From assembly GCF_036321535.1 (NCBI RefSeq), contig NC_087443.1, forward strand, positions 3,038,001 through 3,102,000: a DNA stretch of 64,000 bases, written 5' to 3'. This DNA is from Camelus dromedarius. Its lineage: Eukaryota. The position numbers and the translations under genes were made by a program. The notes below the pieces were generated by a model, which was not told where the DNA came from, made no database searches, and saw only the letters and a program-made list of their open reading frames with translations. Below, in pieces: positions 59,460-64,000 of this stretch. Positions within the stretch are counted from its first letter, which is position 1. Each line of letters begins with the position of its first letter.

Positions 59460-60373
59460 CATGATTCATCTGTGAGAGGGAATGAAGCACTGATACTTGC
59501 TGCTGAATCTTGAAAAGTTTCTGCCGAGTGACAGCAGTCAGACACAAAAGAGAACACTGTGTGTATCGCTTGACGTGAAGTGTCCAGAAGAGGCAGATCC
59601 ATAGACGGGAAGCACGTTAGGAGTTTCACCTCTCTGGGACGGATGGAAAATTCTGCAGTTAATCGTGGCAGCTGCACAACCTTATGCATGTACACAAAGC
59701 ACTGAAATGTCTGCTTTAAAATGATGAATGTTATGGTATGTTAATTACATAGCAGCAGCAGCAGTCCCACCCCTGGGCAGATACCGGAGGAAACTCTAAT
59801 TTAAAAAGATACAAGCACCCCCGTGTTCCCAGCAGCACTGTTTACAACAGCCAAGACAGGGAAGCAACCTGAATGACCTGAACGTCCATCCACAGATGAC
59901 CAGATAAAGATGTGGTATATATGCGCAATGGAATACTACTCATCCATAAAAAAGAATAAAATAAAGCCATTTGTAGCAACATGGTTGGACCTGCAGATGA
60001 TCATACTAAGTGAAGCAAGTCAAACAAAGACAAATATCATATAATATCACTTATATGTGGAATCTTAAAAAATGACACAAATGAACATATTTGCAAAACA
60101 AACAACTCACAGACATAGAAAACAAATTTATGGTTACCAAGGGGACAAGGTGGGGGGAATAAATTGGGCATTTGAGATTAGCAGATACACACTACTGTAT
60201 ATAAAACAGATAAACAACAAAGTCCTACTATACAGCACAGGGAACTATATACAATACCTTGTAACAGCCTATAATGAAAAAGAATATGAAAAGATATATG
60301 TATAACTGAATCACTATGCTGTACACCAGAAACTAACAACATTGTAAGTCAACTATACTTCAATTAAAAAAAA
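59460..60373 (+). mobile_element. L1MB 3' fragment with younger L1 3' end (59752-60373)
   Basis: L1 ORF2 end/3'UTR motifs and an A-rich tail. Confidence 0.85.
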
Positions 60374-61510
60374 TACATATCGGATCCAAATTTTCAATAA
60401 GTTGCAATTTCTTCCAACACCCTTTTAGGAAAAAAAAGAAAGTTTTATTTTTTTCAAACACTGCCTGTGGACAAATGAAGTTGCCATCACTCCTCATCCA
60501 GGCCAGCGAGTTAGTGTGTTTGTCAGAAAGCCCAGGGAGTGGCCTGCCCTCCGCAGGCCTGGCCAAGCCTCCCACACCTCCCTGTGCGCTGGTGAAAACC
60601 ATTGTCACCGTGTGACCCACCCCCGGCTCTCGGGCTGAAGTGGTGGGCCCCCTCCAGGCCCTTCCTCATTAGCTGGGGTAACTCTTGTCTATGGCGCATG
60701 CTTTCTTGTGGGACACTCAGCATCACAGTGGGCCTCCAGCGTGATCACACGTCGGGGTAGGGAAAATTTCTTCCCCCTTCTAGAAAAACAAATCCGTGCT
60801 TGGGATAGGGGTGTGTACGTGTGTGTGTGTTCTTGCTTAAAAACAAACTCCCAGCATAAAAGTATGTCAACTTTATGGAATGACGGCAAATTCAAATTAA
60901 TAACCCAGCAAGCCCATTTGGGGGAAACTTGCGTTTCGCACTACAGATGGCTAGGGGGCGCCGTATTTTCCACAGACAGTAGAAAGAACCTCTAACTGGG
61001 CTTCGAAGCTTTGAGTTTGGGTTCTGGGTCCACGAAATTTGGCTACGGGACCTTTGGCCCTCGGCTTAGCTGCTCTGCGGTTTGCACTTTCTTTACGTAC
61101 AAAACAAAACTCAGTGTATTTTGTAAAGTTTGCAACTTTCAGGGCTGCTAGAAGAATGAGTAAACCAGGGTGTATGAAAATGATTTATTGCGAACAAAGC
61201 ACAGTACAGATGCCAAGGTCTCATTATGGTCGCGGGGGCAGGAAAGTAACTCTGGGACCCCCTGTCACCTTCTGCTCCCTCTCGCCAGCGCTGGGAAGTC
61301 TTACAAACAAAAGCCCAACACCCTGCTCCCATCACTGTGATGAAGCGTCCTTTCTTACCCCAGGAGGGTCGGCTCCCGCTGCTCCCCAGCCTGGACAGAG
61401 ATGCTGCAGGAATGGGGAGGGGGTGGGAGCTGAGGGGGGGGGTCTCTGTCTTACTTTTGGAAAAGCAGCTCTTCCAACCCCTGAACTTGGGTCGTTTCAG
61501 GGGCAGCGGA

Positions 61511-61609
61511 ATGAAAGAAGGCATGTCCAGTAGCAGCACCACGAGCATCTCCCAGGCCAGGAGGGCCGTGGAGCAGCTGAAGATGGAGGCCTGCATGGAC
61601 AGGGTGAAG
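61511..61609 (+). CDS. GNG4: G protein subunit gamma 4, first coding exon (exon 61501-61609)
   Basis: gtttcAG acceptor at 61499-61500, 10-nt leader, MKEGMSSSSTTSISQARRAVEQLKMEACMDRVK, AAG|GTAAGC donor. Matches the G-gamma-4 N-terminus and LYST-GNG4 synteny. Confidence 0.96.
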
Positions 61610-63744
61610 GTAAGCAAGCCAGCCTGGCCCCCCAACCAGCACGCAGCTCAGATCATTCCTCCCCTTTGCCCAGCGGTCTTGTGAGAGTCACCCTCTAGAG
61701 CACCCGGCCAACCCTGGCAGCTGTAACATTTGCAGACGCCTGTTTGGTCCGGAGTTCTGAGTGTGCCCAAGGATTCGGGTGATGCAGAATACACAGTGTG
61801 CATGGATTCCGTCAGGAGTTGCCAAAAATAGACTCATACTCATCTCAGCTCTGTTTGGCACCATTGTCAGGCCGATGAGCGAGAGAGTTTAACCCTGAGA
61901 TCCAGCTTCGTTTTCCCGCCTGATTCAGTGACTTTGAGGTTGGACCAGTGTCGGATGTTTTGATGGGGGCTGTCGGAGTGAAGTACCGAACCCTGCACCG
62001 TGCGTGTCGAATGCGCCTTTAGGGAAAGGGAGGAAGGCTGGCAGCCGTGTTCATTTCGCTGGTGAGTGTACGTCTCTTCATGCTGGGAGAGCTGACACGA
62101 GATGAAGCCACCTCTCCTCCAGATGCCACTGAGAAGCGAGGGGGAGGCCGGGTGAAGTGTGTGGCTCTGGGGTGCAGCTGAGGCTCATTGACTGTAATAG
62201 ATCTGACAGCAGGACACGTGAGTCCAGTGTGTCTGCAGTCCTTGGGGACCAGGGTACCCAGGCATCTGGGATTCAAATAAGACAGACTCCCTGGAGCAGT
62301 GGGTGACACCAAAAGCCTTCTGTGGGCAGAGGGAGCAGCCCTCCCTCCCCGAGGCTCCTCCTGCCGAGAGCTCTGGCCGGGGAGCGCCAGCTCATGTCTC
62401 CATCAGGAAAGCTATCCCCTTTCCCAGGGCTTTGAGTCCAAGCTCTCCAAGGCGGCAGTAAACATGCACAAAGTGGCACGTGTGTACAAAGCAAGACGGA
62501 AATGCAGGATGGCCCGCGCTGGGTGTAAGCGGACCGGCTGCATTGTGCGCACACTGAGACCGACTGCAAATCGGACGCCAGTCCCTGATCACTGGGCCAG
62601 AGGAGGGGCCAGAAACGGAACTGTCCTGAAAGGGGGGGGGGGAGTGGGTCTGAGGCTGAGCGTTGCAGACAGTCAGCACTCTAGTGGTTCAAAGACAGGA
62701 CAGACATCTGCTGAGAAGACGTGGGGAGATTCACTGTTTAGACAAACATCCCTGAGCACCTGCTCTGCCCTCAGCGCGGTCCTGGGGTGGAAACCCAAGT
62801 GGGACATTCCTGCAGTGTTGCTCAGAGAAGTCGCCTGGGGGTCGTGAGCTGGGAGCTGGTGATGAGGGGGCACTGAGGAGAAGGGAAGGCTGGTGTGAGC
62901 TAGCCTGGCTCATTTTGAGCCTTTGAACGTGACAGAGGAGCTGCAGGTTGTCCCGGGAAGGTGCCGGGTATGCAGGTACAGGTCGTGAAAGGGACTGGGG
63001 GTGCAGCCGAGGCGATGAGGTGAACTAAGGTGAGCAGGAGATGAAGCTGTCAGAGGCCAGGAGGCAGCGGGAGCCGCGGGGATCCCAGCAGAGGCAGCGA
63101 GGGGAAGAAAGCGGGTGTGGTGTGGACAGGGCCCGGGCGCCTGGAGAGGCCAGCACACCCAGTGTGGGAGACACCAGGGACAGAGCAGTTAGACCCCAAC
63201 TGTCCAGGCTGTGGCCAGAGGACTGGAAAGACAGTGGGCAGCGGTTCTGGTGGTGGGACGGTTGCCATACTGGGGAGTTCGACTTTGGCAGGAGGATATA
63301 CCCTGCAATAACAGGTGCCCCCCTGTGACCATCACCTCCCCGGGGGTCTTTGTGGGGACCACGTGCCCCCACGGGGAAAGGCGCTTCAAGAGTCACTAAC
63401 AGAACATGCGCAGTCTCTAAAAGAAGGAGGAGAGATCGGAAGGCAACTCAAAGTCCCGTGTGTTACTCAGACGGTATTCAAGGGATGGGCGTCCTGGTCC
63501 TGCGGTGACTGGGTTATGGAATCACGGCTCCCTGATCCCGGGACAGGCCGCCCGAGGCATCTCAGACCCTGCTAATTCCAGTGACAGCACGTCAGATTTG
63601 GTTCAGAGATGGCAGAGCTTTGCCGTTGAAGAGGTGACCGGGACTGCTGGGGAGAGAGGTGGCCCTGAGGGACCACATCCCGGCCACAGCCTCATTGTCA
63701 AGTGATTTTGGGGGGCTTTTTGCTCACATAACCTTGAACACTTA

Positions 63745-64000
63745 TTTATTTATTTTTAAATTATGGTAAGATACACATAACATATAATTTACCATCTTAA
63801 CCATTTTTTATTGAAGTTGAGTTGATTTACAACGTTGTATTCGTTTCTGGTGCACAGCTTAGTGATTCAGTTATACATTTATATATGTGTTCTTTATCAT
63901 TATAGGTTACTGCGGGCCATTGAGTATAGTTCCCGTGCTGTACAGTAGGGCTTTGTTGTTTATCTGCTCTGTACGTAGTAGTCTGTATTAACCATTTTTA
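63745..64000 (-). mobile_element. Old L1 3' end with nested young L1 (63809-63987)
   Basis: Exact TSD ttaaccattttt at 63797-63808 and 63988-63999. Confidence 0.85.

Noticed and set aside
1-64000. CRISPR arrays, operons or other prokaryotic systems
   Set aside because: None seen. The window is spliced mammalian DNA, and its only tandem repeats are microsatellites and two-copy duplications.

Overview
Mammalian genomic DNA, probably camelid: it carries five copies of a tRNA-Ala-derived SINE of the Vic-1 type. There are no prokaryotic features or CRISPR arrays. Two genes lie on the + strand. The first is the 3' end of LYST: nine coding exons from 278 to 18934, totalling 1263 nt (420 aa plus stop). 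They encode the end of the BEACH domain and the WD40 repeats, and the 3'UTR runs to an AATAAA at 20722. The second is the 5' part of GNG4: a CpG-island promoter (~35.8-37.3 kb), a non-coding exon 1 ending at 36601, a probable 112-nt exon 2 (37933-38044) and the first coding exon (61501-61609). Its last exon is outside the window. The rest is L1, L2, MIR, MaLR and ERV1 repeats, microsatellites and two N gaps. The most interesting observations, all hypotheses until tested on RNA, are: (1) a consensus splice donor overlapping the LYST stop codon that is in frame with GNG4; (2) in-frame upstream ATGs in both GNG4 5' exons predicting N-terminally extended G-gamma-4; (3) a TSD-flanked retroposed insert carrying non-repeat sequence; (4) a strong AT-to-GC bias visible by comparing sibling L1 copies; (5) an ERV1 provirus remnant with recognisable gag. 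Exon numbering and repeat family names come from my recollection of human LYST/GNG4 and of repeat consensus sequences, not from database searches.
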